From: Octopus vulgaris
Lineage: Eukaryota
Length of the DNA: 64,000 nucleotides
Assembly (NCBI GenBank): GCA_951406725.2
Contig: OX597820.1
Coordinates: 77,996,001-78,060,000 of the forward strand
Direction of reading: 5' to 3'
Part shown: piece after piece, positions 12,506-25,299 of the stretch
How the letters are laid out: each line of letters begins with the position of its first letter
Position numbering within the stretch: the first letter of the stretch is position 1
Translations under genes and position numbers: made by a program
Notes under the pieces: generated by a model
Told to the model about the DNA's origin: nothing
The model's database searches: none
Seen by the model: only the letters and a program-made list of their open reading frames with translations

Positions 12506-13387
12506 CAGATCAAATTCTAAGATAAAAATGGTCTATAAAAATGTAGGTTTACAGGAATTAGAATTACCATGAACATGTGTTTTTGCATCAATATTTGTCA
12601 CATGATGCATGAGCAGAAATGTAATCAAACCGGTTGCATATATATAATAAGCAGTCCTAAATCATATGCTTAGCAGTTGCATTCCAGCATGAAACTGCAA
12701 GGTACAGAAATGCGTTCACAGAATTAGCTTTTACAAATATTCGGGCATCGCTGTTCACCGTTTTATCTGTTGAAATTCAGCTTTACAAGTTTAAAGTTTA
12801 TTCTAGTTGTTCTCTTCAGATCATCACGTAAAGGAAAAGGAAATGGAAATATTTTATGCAAGAAGCGACAGGAATAACTTACAACTTAGGAAGTTGTTCA
12901 GTTAAGTACGTGTTTTGTCCTGAAATTTGTGGGAAAGGAATCCGTTTTGAAGTAGAAATTTGTATGTTGCAAGACAGGAAGTGTGTATAGGTATAAACGC
13001 GTAGATGGGGAAATGCCTTGTAACAGTTGCAAACTGTTTTTGTTTTCTTTTTGTTTTGTTTTTTTTTTGGGGGGGGTGTATGATAGTTATGAAAACATGC
13101 AAGAGATGGGATTTCTGAATTTTGTATCGTTTCTCGTTCCAGTATTCCTGCACCTTTTCAAACTTTGATTAGATCCTGTAGAGACAGACGAAAATGTTAC
13201 TAACTGTTTAATTTGACTGAAGCTCAGATTAGCAATAGATAATTGTATTGTTTGTAGTAATGGACATAAGCGATGAGAATTCAATAGTTTGTGTTGATGT
13301 GATTCATATATGCGAGTTACATACGAAGAGAAAGCATTCGTATTGTGTCAGATAACTGAGGTGCAAAGTAGATGTTCTTTTATCATT

Positions 13388-13831
13388 AGTTCATCTTTTG
13401 TTGTCGATGAGGACGAAGAACATCACATGGGAGAAGATGGGGCTCAGTTTGTCAGGTTGTGGCTAATCAGTCCTATGCGTGCTCGGAAATCTCTGCCACA
13501 TGTCGAGAATTGGTGACCTGTTGAGACTGAAACCAATGAGATGGCTCTGAACTTGCGCAAATTGTGTTTTCTTTGGGCCCCCTGCAATTTTGTTCTGTTT
13601 GTAGGAGGTCTCTATTCTCTTGGTGCAGCTTTACCAGGCAAGGCGGTCTTGTGCTTGCGTTTCCCAGGTGTCAGAGTTCATTTCAAAGCTCTTCGGTGAG
13701 GCTTCGAGTGTGTTCTTGTAGCGATTTCTCTGTCCACTTTGTGGGCACTTACCTTGCGCTAGTTCGCTGGGGAATCGCATGTCAGGCAATCGAACAAAGT
13801 GGTCTACCCAGCTGACTTGCGCTCGCTTCAA
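13388..13831 (-). pseudogene. RTE-clade LINE 3' end
   Basis: SWVDHFVRLPDMRFP...GQRNRYKNTLEAS...WETQAQDRLAW, then STCGRDFRARIGLISH (RTE C-terminal zinc finger). Confidence 0.85.
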
Positions 13832-14364
13832 TAGTCTGTGTCTGGCAGATCAGCTCCAGAGAGGGCCTTTGTGTCTGGGAGCTTGTCTTGCCAGGTTACT
13901 TTCAGCAGCTTCCTCAAGCAGTTTATGCGAAAGCCGTTTAGCTTGTTGTGTTGGCGTAGAGTTCGTAGACCGTTCACGTTTCGCTAGTGTACAGTAGCGT
14001 AAGCAACAAAACAGCTCGGTGCACGTTTAACATTTTGTTCAGCCGATTATCTTTTCTCCGAGCAGCTTCAGCCAGTAGAGAATTCTGATTTGTCGTGACA
14101 GTAGTCGTCGGAGAATTGCTACAGTTTCATTTATGAATGGCTTTGGGTAAAAGAAAATACAGGAAGATCGGTTAATTATGATTTTATTCAACACACCCCC
14201 TCCGACTCACACACTTATTGCAGAGGTCATCAATTCTTCTAAGCCCTGTAATAGAACTCGGAAGGTTGGGGCTCCAACCAGGCCTTTTGCAACACCCTTA
14301 AACCTAGGAACTTTACGTTGCACCTGGAACAGTTCATTAAATGGATTATGCAATTACTTGTAGA

Positions 14365-14580
14365 ATATTTGTTTCAAATTTTGCACGAGGCCAGTAATTT
14401 AAGGGAGGGGGTTACTCGTTTACATCAACCCAACAAATCAACTGGCACTTATTTTATCAACCTCCGAGGGATAAATGGCAAAGTCGACTTCGGTGGCATT
14501 TGAACACAGAACGTAAAGTCAGACAAAATGCCGCTAAACGTTTTGTACGGTGGGCTAAATATTCTGCTAGCACGCCGCTT
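14365..14580 (-). mobile_element. SINE family A
   Basis: Reverse complement of the family A head and body. Confidence 0.8.
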
Positions 14581-14610
14581 TAATTATTTGTATAATATTG
14601 ACAAATTTAG

Positions 14611-15187
14611 AAGGCAGCGAGCAGGCAGAAATGTTAGCACGCCGGGCGAAATGCTTAGCAGTATTTCGTCTGCCGTTCCGTTCTAAGTTCAAATTCCGCC
14701 GAGGTCGACTTTGCCTTTCATCCTTTCGAGGTCGATAAATTAAGTACGAGTTACGCACTGGGGTCGATGTAATCGACTTAAACCGTTTGTCTGTACTTCT
14801 TTGTCCCCTCTGTGTGTAGCCCCTTGTGGAAAGTAAAGAAATAGGTATTTCGTCTGCTGCTACGTTCTGAGTTCAAATTCCGCCGAGGTCGACTTTGCCT
14901 TTCATCCTTTCGAGGTTGATTAAATAAATACCAGTTAAGCACTGGAGTTGATGTAATCGACTTAATGCGTTTGTCTGTCCTTGTTTGTCCCTTCTGTGTT
15001 TAGCCCCTTGTGCGTAGTAAAGAAAAAGGAATTTCGTCTGTCTTTACGTCAAATTCCGCCGATGTCGACTTGCCTTTCATCCCTTCGGGGTCGATAAATT
15101 AAGTATCACTTGCGTACTGGAATCGATCTAATCGACTGCCCCTCCCCCAAAACTGTCGAGCCTTGTGGCTAGAGTGGAAAAGAATAC
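14611..15187 (+). mobile_element. SINE family A with three head-to-tail body modules
   Basis: One head, then ~185 bp units starting GTATTTCGTCTG at ~14661, ~14845 and ~15030. Confidence 0.9.
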
Positions 15188-15308
15188 TGACAATTTGAGA
15201 GATAATAGAAAATATTCAATTCCAAGCACAAATCTGTCACACATATACGTGTGTGTTTGTGCTACCTACATCTGTGCGAAGATAGGAGAACAGTATGAAA
15301 TATACACT

Positions 15309-15517
15309 ATGTACATTATTTTACATTATTTACATTCGACGGATATTTGTCCTCATCTTGTTTGTATATCAGCTGATATACTCTCCAGCCGTCATCAGGT
15401 GTCTTATAGAAACTTCGAAACGTTGTGTTAACAACAAACAAGACGATGACAAATATCTATCAAATGTAAATAATGTAAATAATGTATATAAATCCTCATC
15501 TTTTAAATATAGAACAG
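15309..15517. mobile_element. Inverted (fold-back) PLE-like end, same family as 19434-19582, hammerhead split by the inversion
   Basis: TACATTATTTACATT.GACGGATATTTGTC.TC.TCTTGTTTGT is inverted at 15433-15486. CTGATGA is on the minus strand and GAAACGTTGTGTT on the plus strand. Confidence 0.65.
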
Positions 15518-16454
15518 TGCGAAATATATTTGCATGCTTACATTTTTAAATGCATTTTCCTTCTGAGTTTCTGTATCTCTGACTGCTCAGACTTGCATGT
15601 GCACTCTCACATAATAACTGAGTATGAACTCACCTGAACGACTTAAACATTGACATTTATACAGTTACGTCATAATTTCCTCATACGTCCTTCAACGTGA
15701 TCACTCCACCCTTCAAACACAACTGGTAATTACCAAACATTCGCGCACGCCCGCCTTTAAGACATGCAAAAGTTATTGCATAATTCTGCTTCATCTGAAA
15801 GTCTGCAGACGACCGCTGAATTGGAAAAAAAATGGAATTTTCTTTTGTTATTCCGTTACATTATAATCTAGACTAGAATCAACTGGAGACACAAAGTAAA
15901 TGCGATCCTTTATCGCAATTGCTAATTACACACTGTACCATACCTCCTAATGGAATACATTTACCGTTGAATGTGTAGAGCAAATGAATCTAATATATTA
16001 AGTAGTAATGAGACACCAGAGACAATAGAGATCTCTGTTGTCATATGTTAACCGTTTCTTCTCACCCAACTCTTATTACGCATTATCAATCTCAGCACTG
16101 AGAGTATTACCTTTGTTGTTGTATTTTCTATATTTGTTCTTCGGCAGGTGTTCTGATAGTTATTTTCTTTTATTAGTTATATATACTTGGCAAAACATAC
16201 ACCGGATCCTTTAGACTATAAGTATTTAACAAAACAGAGCTTCAGTAATATTGTAAATAATTATTGACATGCGTATGTTCAATAAGCGTACATGCATACA
16301 TATATATAGTCTTGTCGTGTATATCTGGCGCCATGGTTAGCTTACAGGTTCAGCAGGTATGAATAACGACCTGAATATTTTCATAAGTTGCTAGAAATTT
16401 TGCTTAACTTAAACTGCATTGTATCTGACGTACGTCATGGGAATTACATTACTA

Positions 16455-17020
16455 TTATGTTGTCCGGAAAGTTCGTGCCGATTTTTAATGGAAAGAAAAA
16501 GGTCAATAAATACTTGCTATTACATTTTTAATCAACCAAATATGAACCACTTTGTTTCACAATGCGTCTCCATCTTTCCTTTAACTTGAAAATACCCTTT
16601 TCCCAGAATTTAGGTGGTTTCATGGCAGACAATTCATCAAGGTATCTTTTTACGTCATCCAAGGAATTGAAAGTTTTACCATTAAGACTATTCTGCAGAG
16701 ACCTGAATAAGTGCAAATCCGAAGGATCAACATCTGGTGAATATGTAGGGTGGGGTAACACATCCCAGCCGAGCTGCAGCAATTTTTGTGTGGTTCCCAA
16801 AGCATCAAGTGCCGAAAATGAACTTTCTTATCTTCCATTATAAAGGGTTACAAAATTAACACAGGTTAAAAGAACATAAACCTTCTTTCACAAAAAGATA
16901 GCTTAAACTGTGCTCTAAATGGAGGTGTAGTCAAATCCTCTTTTATGGACTCAACCATGTTCTAAAATAAGTCGAAATGTAAGCTACTATAAATCGACAC
17001 GAACTTTCCGGACAACTCAG
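16455..17020 (-). mobile_element. Internally deleted mariner element with TIRs
   Basis: TA-flanked TIRs (GTTGTCCGGAAAGTTCGTG.CGATTT / AAATCG.CACGAACTTTCCGGACAAC). N-terminus MEDKKVHFRHLMLWE is joined to C-terminus GWDVLPHPTYSPDVDPSDLHLFRSLQNSL. Confidence 0.92.
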
Positions 17021-17308
17021 TATAAGTATAGTAACTCTATTTCCTTCGAGATCTTGAAAGACAGAGATAAATGATCCCAAATGAGATTTTCCATGGGAGA
17101 GGAAACTAGTCCGTTAGATTTTATTTTCCGAGATGCCCAAATCTTCGTGATTAAAACAGGAAGTTCACATTCTCCACCTGTGTAAATATTTGTTTATTAA
17201 AAAGTTGAATAAGATTTGTTATAAACATTTATTAATAACCCATGCGACGCTTTCCAACTTAGGCACACTTTGCTCAAATTAAATTTCACAAGATAAAATG
17301 TAATAAAG

Positions 17309-17359
<51 letters not shown>

Positions 17360-19320
17360 ATTCCGTTTTTCGTGGCTTCTGTCGTCATGTCTAGAACATT
17401 TTACATGCCTGCCTGAATTAAAAATATAACAATCGACCTCACATTTCAAAAAACGTCCAATTTATTTTGCCTAACACAAAACGAAATCGTACTACAATAG
17501 AAAACACAATATTTCCTTGTCGTGCTATAATTAATCATACTAAAATAAGTCTACACATTTATTCAAATGCCATATGGTATTATTACAGAAATTTCGAAAA
17601 TAAATCAGATCTATCGAAATAAAAATAGATTAAAAAGTAAATAAATGAATGTTTGGGACAAAACTTAATTAGTTGTTTACAATATATTGTGAGAGATGGA
17701 ATGATTTACACAGACAATACAAGAACTTCATTGATGACCGAAAGTAAATAAGAGTCAAAAAGATAGCCAACATGTCTAACGGGAATTTTCTGTTATTAGC
17801 AATGCTACTTTGACTGTAATAATGTAAATGTAACTTGCTTAGTTAGTTTGTGCTTAAAATGGACAGCAAACATTGTACATCCAAGCAAAGTAATATCATT
17901 TATCTCTCTGTATCACCGTTGACAAAATCAAATTAAATTGTCTACTTCATAACATGTTGAGAGGCAATACTAGATGTAATAAGTGTAATTGTTTTAGATG
18001 AACCTAACGTTCGTTCCGTTGAATTGGTGTTAGTGGTGCAACGGCATTTTACTTACAACCTGGTAATTACATCGTATTCCTTATAGCAACACTTACCCTC
18101 TTCGGATGTTTCTACGCGTTCATTTATATGATTAGATCCTGTGTTGTAAGTATTTCGTTATTCTATTATGTACGTTACTTCTATTTACGTTTTAAATTCA
18201 CTTTCCAACTAATTACACAATATAGTCAGACTTATTTTCAGAAACACTATGAATAGATAACGACCAACTCTATTTCAAGGAAATTAACCCTATATTCTTT
18301 TCGATGTCTTCTTTTTTATCCTTTATTCACATATTATGGATACTTTTGTAAAGTTCTTTAGTTTTACGACTCTTTATTGCCTAAAATAAACGTACTTCAA
18401 CGTGGCCGCATAAATTGCTAATAGTAACTGCCAGATTAGCCTAAAAAAAAACATCTTCTGAAAACATATGACACAATATTTCGGGATAAACAAAATCGAA
18501 AATTGAAAAGCAAATTCAAAACAATGGATGATTGCAAATGAATGAAATTGTTCGTAGGTTATTTCAATCAATACCATCTTAAAATATTATTATATTAACA
18601 CAATAAACAGATAAAAGGTATGAGTAAATTTTAATATTTGTTATAGCATATAATACTAAATGAATAACAGGGTGGAAGACACACGTTGGCCATTAAATAC
18701 AAAAATGCTGTTAACTATGGTTAAGCATTTATTAAGTGGTGCCAAAACGTTTGTCGCACAAACTGTTAGCTGATTCCTAATATTTAAGTGAAGTTAAGAA
18801 TTTCTGAGTGTTTTTGATTGGGTAATGTGTAGCCTTTATACAGTAATTACTTTAGCGTCAACAGACATTCTCAAATCAAATCACTCTTTAGCGAAGTACA
18901 TTCTCCGAAATATATCGTACTACTTTCCTCTATATACAGGAATGAAGAACACTTTAGACTGTCCGTACATAAACGTTTTTCAACTTCATTCTCACCATTC
19001 TGTTCAGATGAAGGCTTCATTTTAATATTACAAACGCCATTGCATAATTGTATGTTTGATACTTGTGTCTGTTCCATATGTCGATAAGTAAAGTGGGATT
19101 GTTGTTGGCCTTGAGTCAGCAGTCGAAAGCTCAGAATATTTCAATCGCGGACAGGGAATTAGAGCAATTGTACACATTATACGAGATTTAACAGTGTGAC
19201 TATAAGTTTGTATGATGATATTTATGAATATATGAGACAGACTGTGTGGTAGTTTCTTTCAGTAGGCTTTAAACATCTGTGTGTATGTGTGTGTAAGCAA
19301 ATATAGGTAGATAGATAGAT

Positions 19321-19379
<59 letters not shown>

Positions 19380-19486
19380 CAGGCATACATACAGACAGAC
19401 AGACAGATAGATAGATAGGCAGACAGAGAGATATTATTTACGCTATTTACAATTGACGGATATTTGTTCTCATCTTGTTTGTTGTT

Positions 19487-19532
19487 AACACAACATTTCG
19501 GCTGATATAACCTCCAGCCTTCATCAGGCGTC
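19487..19532 (-). ncRNA. Minimal hammerhead motif in a PLE-like end (19434-19582)
   Basis: GACGC-CTGATGA-A-GGCTG-loop-CAGCC-GAAA-TG-TT-GTGTT. Stem III is GAAACGTT in the sister copy at 15417 and mutated here. Confidence 0.65.
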
Positions 19533-19581
19533 TTGGAGTAATTTCGAACCTGGGTTCTCATTCCTATGGTATTTTTCGACG

Positions 19582-19602
19582 TTATTATTATTATTATTAT
19601 TA

Positions 19603-19688
<86 letters not shown>

Positions 19689-19690
19689 TT
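19582..19690. repeat. (TTA)n microsatellite
   Basis: Direct reading. Confidence 0.95.
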
Positions 19691-19775
19691 TGTTGTTGTT
19701 ATTGTGTGACACTAGGGTAAAATATACGAAGCTCAGTATACCCATCATGACTACCCGTCTGATATGGGTACACCA

Positions 19776-20420
19776 GGTTAAGGGAAGGGGGCTGAGCAAT
19801 TTTCCTGATAGACTCGGCTGTCAACCGTATTTGTCCCACACTTGACAGCAGACCTTCGGCATAAGGTCACACGTCCGAAATGGTTGGACACAGCACGAGT
19901 GGGTGCAGAGCGGTTTCATCGCTCTGGCTGCATCTCGGGCAAGTCGGTCCGGTATATCTAAACTATGCACGTCGAGCTTATCCCAAACGGGCAATGCTTC
20001 TCGATAGCACGGCCAAATCAGGGATCGCTGGTGCCTTTCCATAGGTCCCGGTCTGAAAGTTGTACTGAACCGGCGGGTCAGGTGTTCCTTGTCGACGTCC
20101 AAACTCTCTCCGAGAACATCTTCGTACCAACCCTCCACTAATCCTCTATAGAACGCCTTCGTGGAATTGAAGTCACACAACTTTAGTCCCAGTCGGCAGA
20201 GTTGCTTGAGAGCAAGGCGGCACTCGCGGTGCCGTTCGTCTAGGCTCGGTCTTTGTTTGATCCATGAAAGCAGTTCGGTCAAAGAGACGAGCTGCAGGAA
20301 AGCGCGCCTCACAAACGGCGACCACACCTGTTCACCGTCGTCTACGTAGAGCCGGATGCGTCTCAGTCAAAATGTTCAAGTCTGCATGTAGTAGAGTGGA
20401 GCCCATTTGACTAGCGTCTG
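19776..20420 (-). pseudogene. L1/Tx1-like LINE ORF2 C-terminal fragment
   Basis: GC-rich ORF 19821-20327: STKAFYRGLV...HQRSLIWPCYREALPVWDKL, resembling the region leading into the zf-RVT zinc knuckle. Confidence 0.65.
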
Positions 20421-21112
20421 TCCGAGAGATAGCTAGGTAGGCAGGCTGGCAGGCAAACAGACCCACAGACAGATAGATAGATACGAAGTCATATATATTA
20501 TATAACATATAGTAAAGATACACATACACACACAAACACTTACAGAAGCTCAGAACCATACAATTGCCAATTTGACTTTCAGTCATACTTATTAATGATT
20601 CATATAGTTGCATATAAATATGTTATGTTTAGTTTGAAACAAAATGTCCGAAATCATTTCACATCGTTTATCGCGTTTAGGAAACAAATGATAGTTCGTG
20701 TACTCAGTTGGAATTGCAAATAAAATGGATATGGCAGCATTATAGTTCTTCTAAAGTTAATTGAATAATAATCATATCTGAAAGGGAAGTGATAATAAAA
20801 CGTTTCAAGTAGAAAACGGTAATGCATTGACTTGTTCAAAGAAAAAATGGCCATAACATTTTTACGTTTAATATACGACGATTACAATTTTTTTTTATCC
20901 CTCCTTTCTAGCGCCCTTCAGTTTCCGATTTGTTTCTCTTTTGTTCTTATAAAGGATTCAATGTCTGAACGATGCATGTTTTTTTTTCCGCTTTCGTTTT
21001 CTTTTCAAACGTAACAGTAACAATATATATGCGAAAACTTGTTACACTTGCAGTTTTCTTGACTTTCTTTACTAATCATATATGTATGTGCGTGGAGTGG
21101 TGCATGCATACA

Positions 21113-21181
<69 letters not shown>

Positions 21182-21197
21182 GCATGTATGCAATATA

Positions 21198-22813
21198 CAG
21201 TTGTCGCCAAAATGTTCAGATCGGCATTGTTTTCGTCAGAAAAGTAGGTATAAGTTTTTATCAAAGTAGTTTTATATTCTATAATTTTCACAGACAATAA
21301 ATACAATATCATTTGTTATTGTCTGAGATTTTGGTGTAATTTGAGAGGATAATACAAAAGTTATGGATGATTTAGTGATTTTCTACAAAACCCATGCCGG
21401 CCAAAATGATCAGAACGGTTGAAAAAATAACAAAATAATCAAAAATGACAGAGAATGCTGGAATTATTTAATATTTAGTGTGAAGCCCTTTAGCTTCAAT
21501 CACACTCTGACATCTTCGACTGCATGAGGAAATTACATTTTCAATTTCTTGCTGGGTTATCTTATTCCATTCTTCCTGAAGGGCATTCCATAATTGCTCA
21601 GTTGTTTTAGGATTTCGGCTTTCGAACGTTCTCCTAGAATATTCCACACATTTTCAATAGGATTGAGATATGGGTTTTTAGCAGGCCAATCCCTAACAAT
21701 AACCTTTTCAGCCTTGAGGAAGTTCAAGACCACCTTATCGTTGTGACATGGGGCATTTTCCTGCATGAATATGGGAGGTCGCTTAGTTGAATTTCTCAGC
21801 ACAAGCAAGACATGATCTTTTACAAGTTGTTTATAAACTCCTGTATTTACCTTTTCATGTAATCGCACAAAAGGGCCCACACCATCTCCAGATATCATCC
21901 CCCAAACCATGACACTTCCTCCACCGAATTTAACACTAGTCTTAAGGCATTTAGGCGACAATTTTTCACCTACTTTTCGATGAACGTACCTTTTCCCATC
22001 TGAGCCAAATAGCATAAACTTAGATTCATCACTGAAATGCACCGTTTGCCATTTTTCTTGAGCCCACAACACATGTTCGGTTGCAAAGGTAAGACGACAC
22101 TTTTTATTCTTGGAGCTGATCAGTGGCTTCACTGCAGATGCTCTTGCTTGTATGTCATGTTCAACTAAATGACGAGACACAGTTTTTCGAGATAAAGATT
22201 TCTTCAATACAATGCTCATTTTCCGAGAAACAGCAGCAGCAGTTTTAAATCTGTCCTTTTTAACCAACTTTACCATAGCACGATCTTCTCTCTTGGTCGT
22301 TTTTCTTGGCCTACCTATAAACTTTCTTGCTTCACACAAACCACAATCATCGTAGACCTTAAGAATACCGTGTACAACACTTTTTGACTTGTTAAGAATC
22401 TTTGCAATAGATCCAATACTTAAATTATCCTTCCTTCGAAGCTTAATAATCTGCTGACGAATTGGTTACGGAGTAAGTGGCATTATATTAACAAAGTACA
22501 CTGCAAATATTCTTACTAATGTTTAGTAAACGAACCGTCACGTAAACACATTCAAAACATTAGAGTTTGCCGGTCAAATATACTAAAACACGGAGTAAAA
22601 GCAAGCGTTCTGATCATTTTGGCCGCCTTGGGTATTGCGGTAATCACTAAATCATCCATAACGTTTGTATTATCCTCCAAAATCTCAGGCAATAACAAAT
22701 AATATTGTATTTATTGTCTGTGAAAATTATAGAATATAAAACAACTTTGATAAAAAATTACAGCTACTTTTCTGACGAAAACAATGCTGTTCTGAACATT
22801 TTGGGCGCAACAG
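21198..22813 (-). mobile_element. Full-length Tc1-family DNA transposon with long IR/DR-type TIRs
   Basis: TA flanks at 21196-97 and 22814-15, and ~215 bp TIRs. Internal direct repeat GCCAAAATG.TCAGA.CGG at ~21206 and ~21400. Confidence 0.95.
21465..22483 (-). pseudogene. Tc1 (DD34E-type) transposase pseudogene
   Basis: ATG at 22483 is in frame with ORF 21557-22339 but codon 6 is TAA. Motifs GRPRKTT, VHFSDESKF, KFGGGSVMVWG, FMQENAPCH (second D to E), LNPIENVW, and a C-terminal frameshift. Confidence 0.92.
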
Positions 22814-22986
22814 TATGTAGGTGAGTTTATATGTGTACGTGTGTATATACGTATATATATATATATACATGTGTGTGTGTGTCTGTCTGTATATGTATAT
22901 ATAATATAAACAATATATAAATAAATGCATATAGACATACATACATGTACATACCTAAATATATATGTATATATAAGTGCATATAT

Positions 22987-23430
22987 GGGTACATGACATC
23001 AAGAAAATATTGAACACAATGAGAGACGAAAACATTAAAAAAAAAGGGGAGAAACGAACATTTTTTCGGACAACGAAAAAACAAACAGAGAAACGAGATA
23101 TGCAACATAAAGAATATTCCCCTTCATCAGTTGTTCCTGTTTCATCTACTCCGTGTTTTCGAAGGCAAGACACTACGCGACTTCTTTGAAACAGTCCTTC
23201 CCGCAAAGCAAATTAAATACAATTTAGCATTTTTTTGCGGAGGGTGAAAGTGGTAACAAGAACAGGACAGTGAGAACAAAACAGTAAAAACAAACGGCGA
23301 GGGCTGTTAAGCCATGACGATAGAAAAATTATTATAAACGTTAGGAAGACGAGCTTATGACAGGAGACAGTATAAGCACTTGTTGTCTTTAGGAAGGTCA
23401 TGGACAGAAAGATTGATTCTCTTTCGTCAC
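22987..23430 (-). mobile_element. PLE-like non-coding end with permuted hammerhead-like motif (23120-23244)
   Basis: TA-rich flanks; full helix set readable on the minus strand (see findings). Confidence 0.55.
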
Positions 23431-23504
23431 GTACATATGTATATATATTTATATAAATAAATGTATATATATATATATATATGTATATATATTTATATAA
23501 ATAA

Positions 23505-23562
<58 letters not shown>

Positions 23563-24356
23563 CGATGGACTGGCGTCCCGTCCAGCTTGGGGGGGGGATA
23601 CATACGCCACAGAAACCGGGAAACCGGGCCCATGAGCCTAGCTAGTCTTGGAAAGGACGAATAAATCTATATATACATAGGTCAAAAGGTCCAATAGAAT
23701 TAGAAAGAACAAAGGAGTATTCCTGCCAGTGAGCAATAAATATCAATTAAATACACAACTAATAGTTTCAAGCATTTATCATACTTTGCCTGGGCATATG
23801 TATCTCCCAACAATCTTTCATGCGTTATGTCTATTTTAAGAACAAGGACGCTGGCAGTGAAAAAAGACAATAGAAAAACTATGAGGGGAAATGTGAAGAA
23901 GGGTGATGCAAAAAATGTAACGATAAGAAAGAACCAGAAGCAAGAAAACTAAGACCTTTTCCCTGATATTGCCTGCATACTTTTTTCAGAATATTGGTCC
24001 TCATACAGAGCAATATATAAGTCCGCCTGCTTTAGAGTCTAATGTATTTCTGATAGTAACATTCCGGTTCTCTTCTCAATTACTTTATATGTTGCTGAAT
24101 GTAGTGAAATGTGAGGATATACTATTAATACTGTTTATATAAAGTGTTCCCTAAATGGATCAGTCCTAGGTTTAATGAATATGTACAATGGTAATCGTTT
24201 CTGTAAACGCACCCCGGAGCTTATTCATAGTGCTAATTAAGTGATGAGCAGTCTACGGCTATTTGTGTGCAGCTAAACCGTCAGGACAATCCTTCCTGGC
24301 ATTGCAAATAGTTTTGACAACAATATGTATATGTGCGTGTGAGTATGTGGCAACTT

Positions 24357-24417
<61 letters not shown>

Positions 24418-24815
24418 ATGTATATATGAATACATATGTGTTAGAAACGAAATATTATAGCGTAAAATTTGCAGTCATCAAAATGTGGAGAAAGTTTGCT
24501 GCGATTTTTTTTAATGAAAAATGTTTTCAATTCCATAGGAACAAATTCTCATAAAAATCATTTTTATGCCATTTATGTTCATATTAATTGTGAGTAATTT
24601 GCTGAGTAATCTTTAACCCGATAAATTATAATCATTCTCTGCAACATTTAATTGTACTTTTCTTTAATTTAACGATCCATTAATTTTAATGTGCAACACT
24701 TTCAACAGTATTCATGTAATATATGTTATGGTATAAAACACAAGCATACTAATATGTATACATACATACGTACACACACACATAAACACACACACACACA
24801 CATATATATATATAC

Positions 24816-24876
<61 letters not shown>

Positions 24877-24885
24877 CATACATAT

Positions 24886-25098
24886 GTAGGTAGGTAGATA
24901 GGTAGGTAGGTAGTTAGGTAGGTAGGTAGTTAGGTAGGCAGGCAGGTAGGTGGGTAGGTAGGTAGGCAGGCAGGTGGGTAGATAGGTAGGTAGGTATGTA
25001 GGTAGGTAGGCAGGTAGGTAGGTAGGTAGGTAGGTAGGTAGGTAGGTAGGTAGGTAGGTAGGTAGGTAGGTAGGTAGGTAGGTAGGTAGGTAGGTAGG
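24886..25098. repeat. (TAGG)n microsatellite
   Basis: Direct reading. Confidence 0.95.
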
Positions 25099-25299
25099 TG
25101 AGTAGAATAACAGGTGTGTAATATCTACTTAACAATCAGGAACTTGAGATTGTAGACAACGAAATTCATATTTCGCTCATAAATAGATATCTGGAAATGG
25201 ACACTGAAATATATTAAGACATTAACATACACAAATATAATTCTCTCCCCACCACCCTGCATACATACATACGTGTCATACATACGTGTCAGTGTGTAT

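Noticed and set aside
14661-15187. CRISPR-like repeat array
   Set aside because: Eukaryotic SINE modules with no unique spacers and no cas genes.
24886-25098. Telomeric repeat
   Set aside because: The unit is TAGG, not TTAGGG; ordinary microsatellite.
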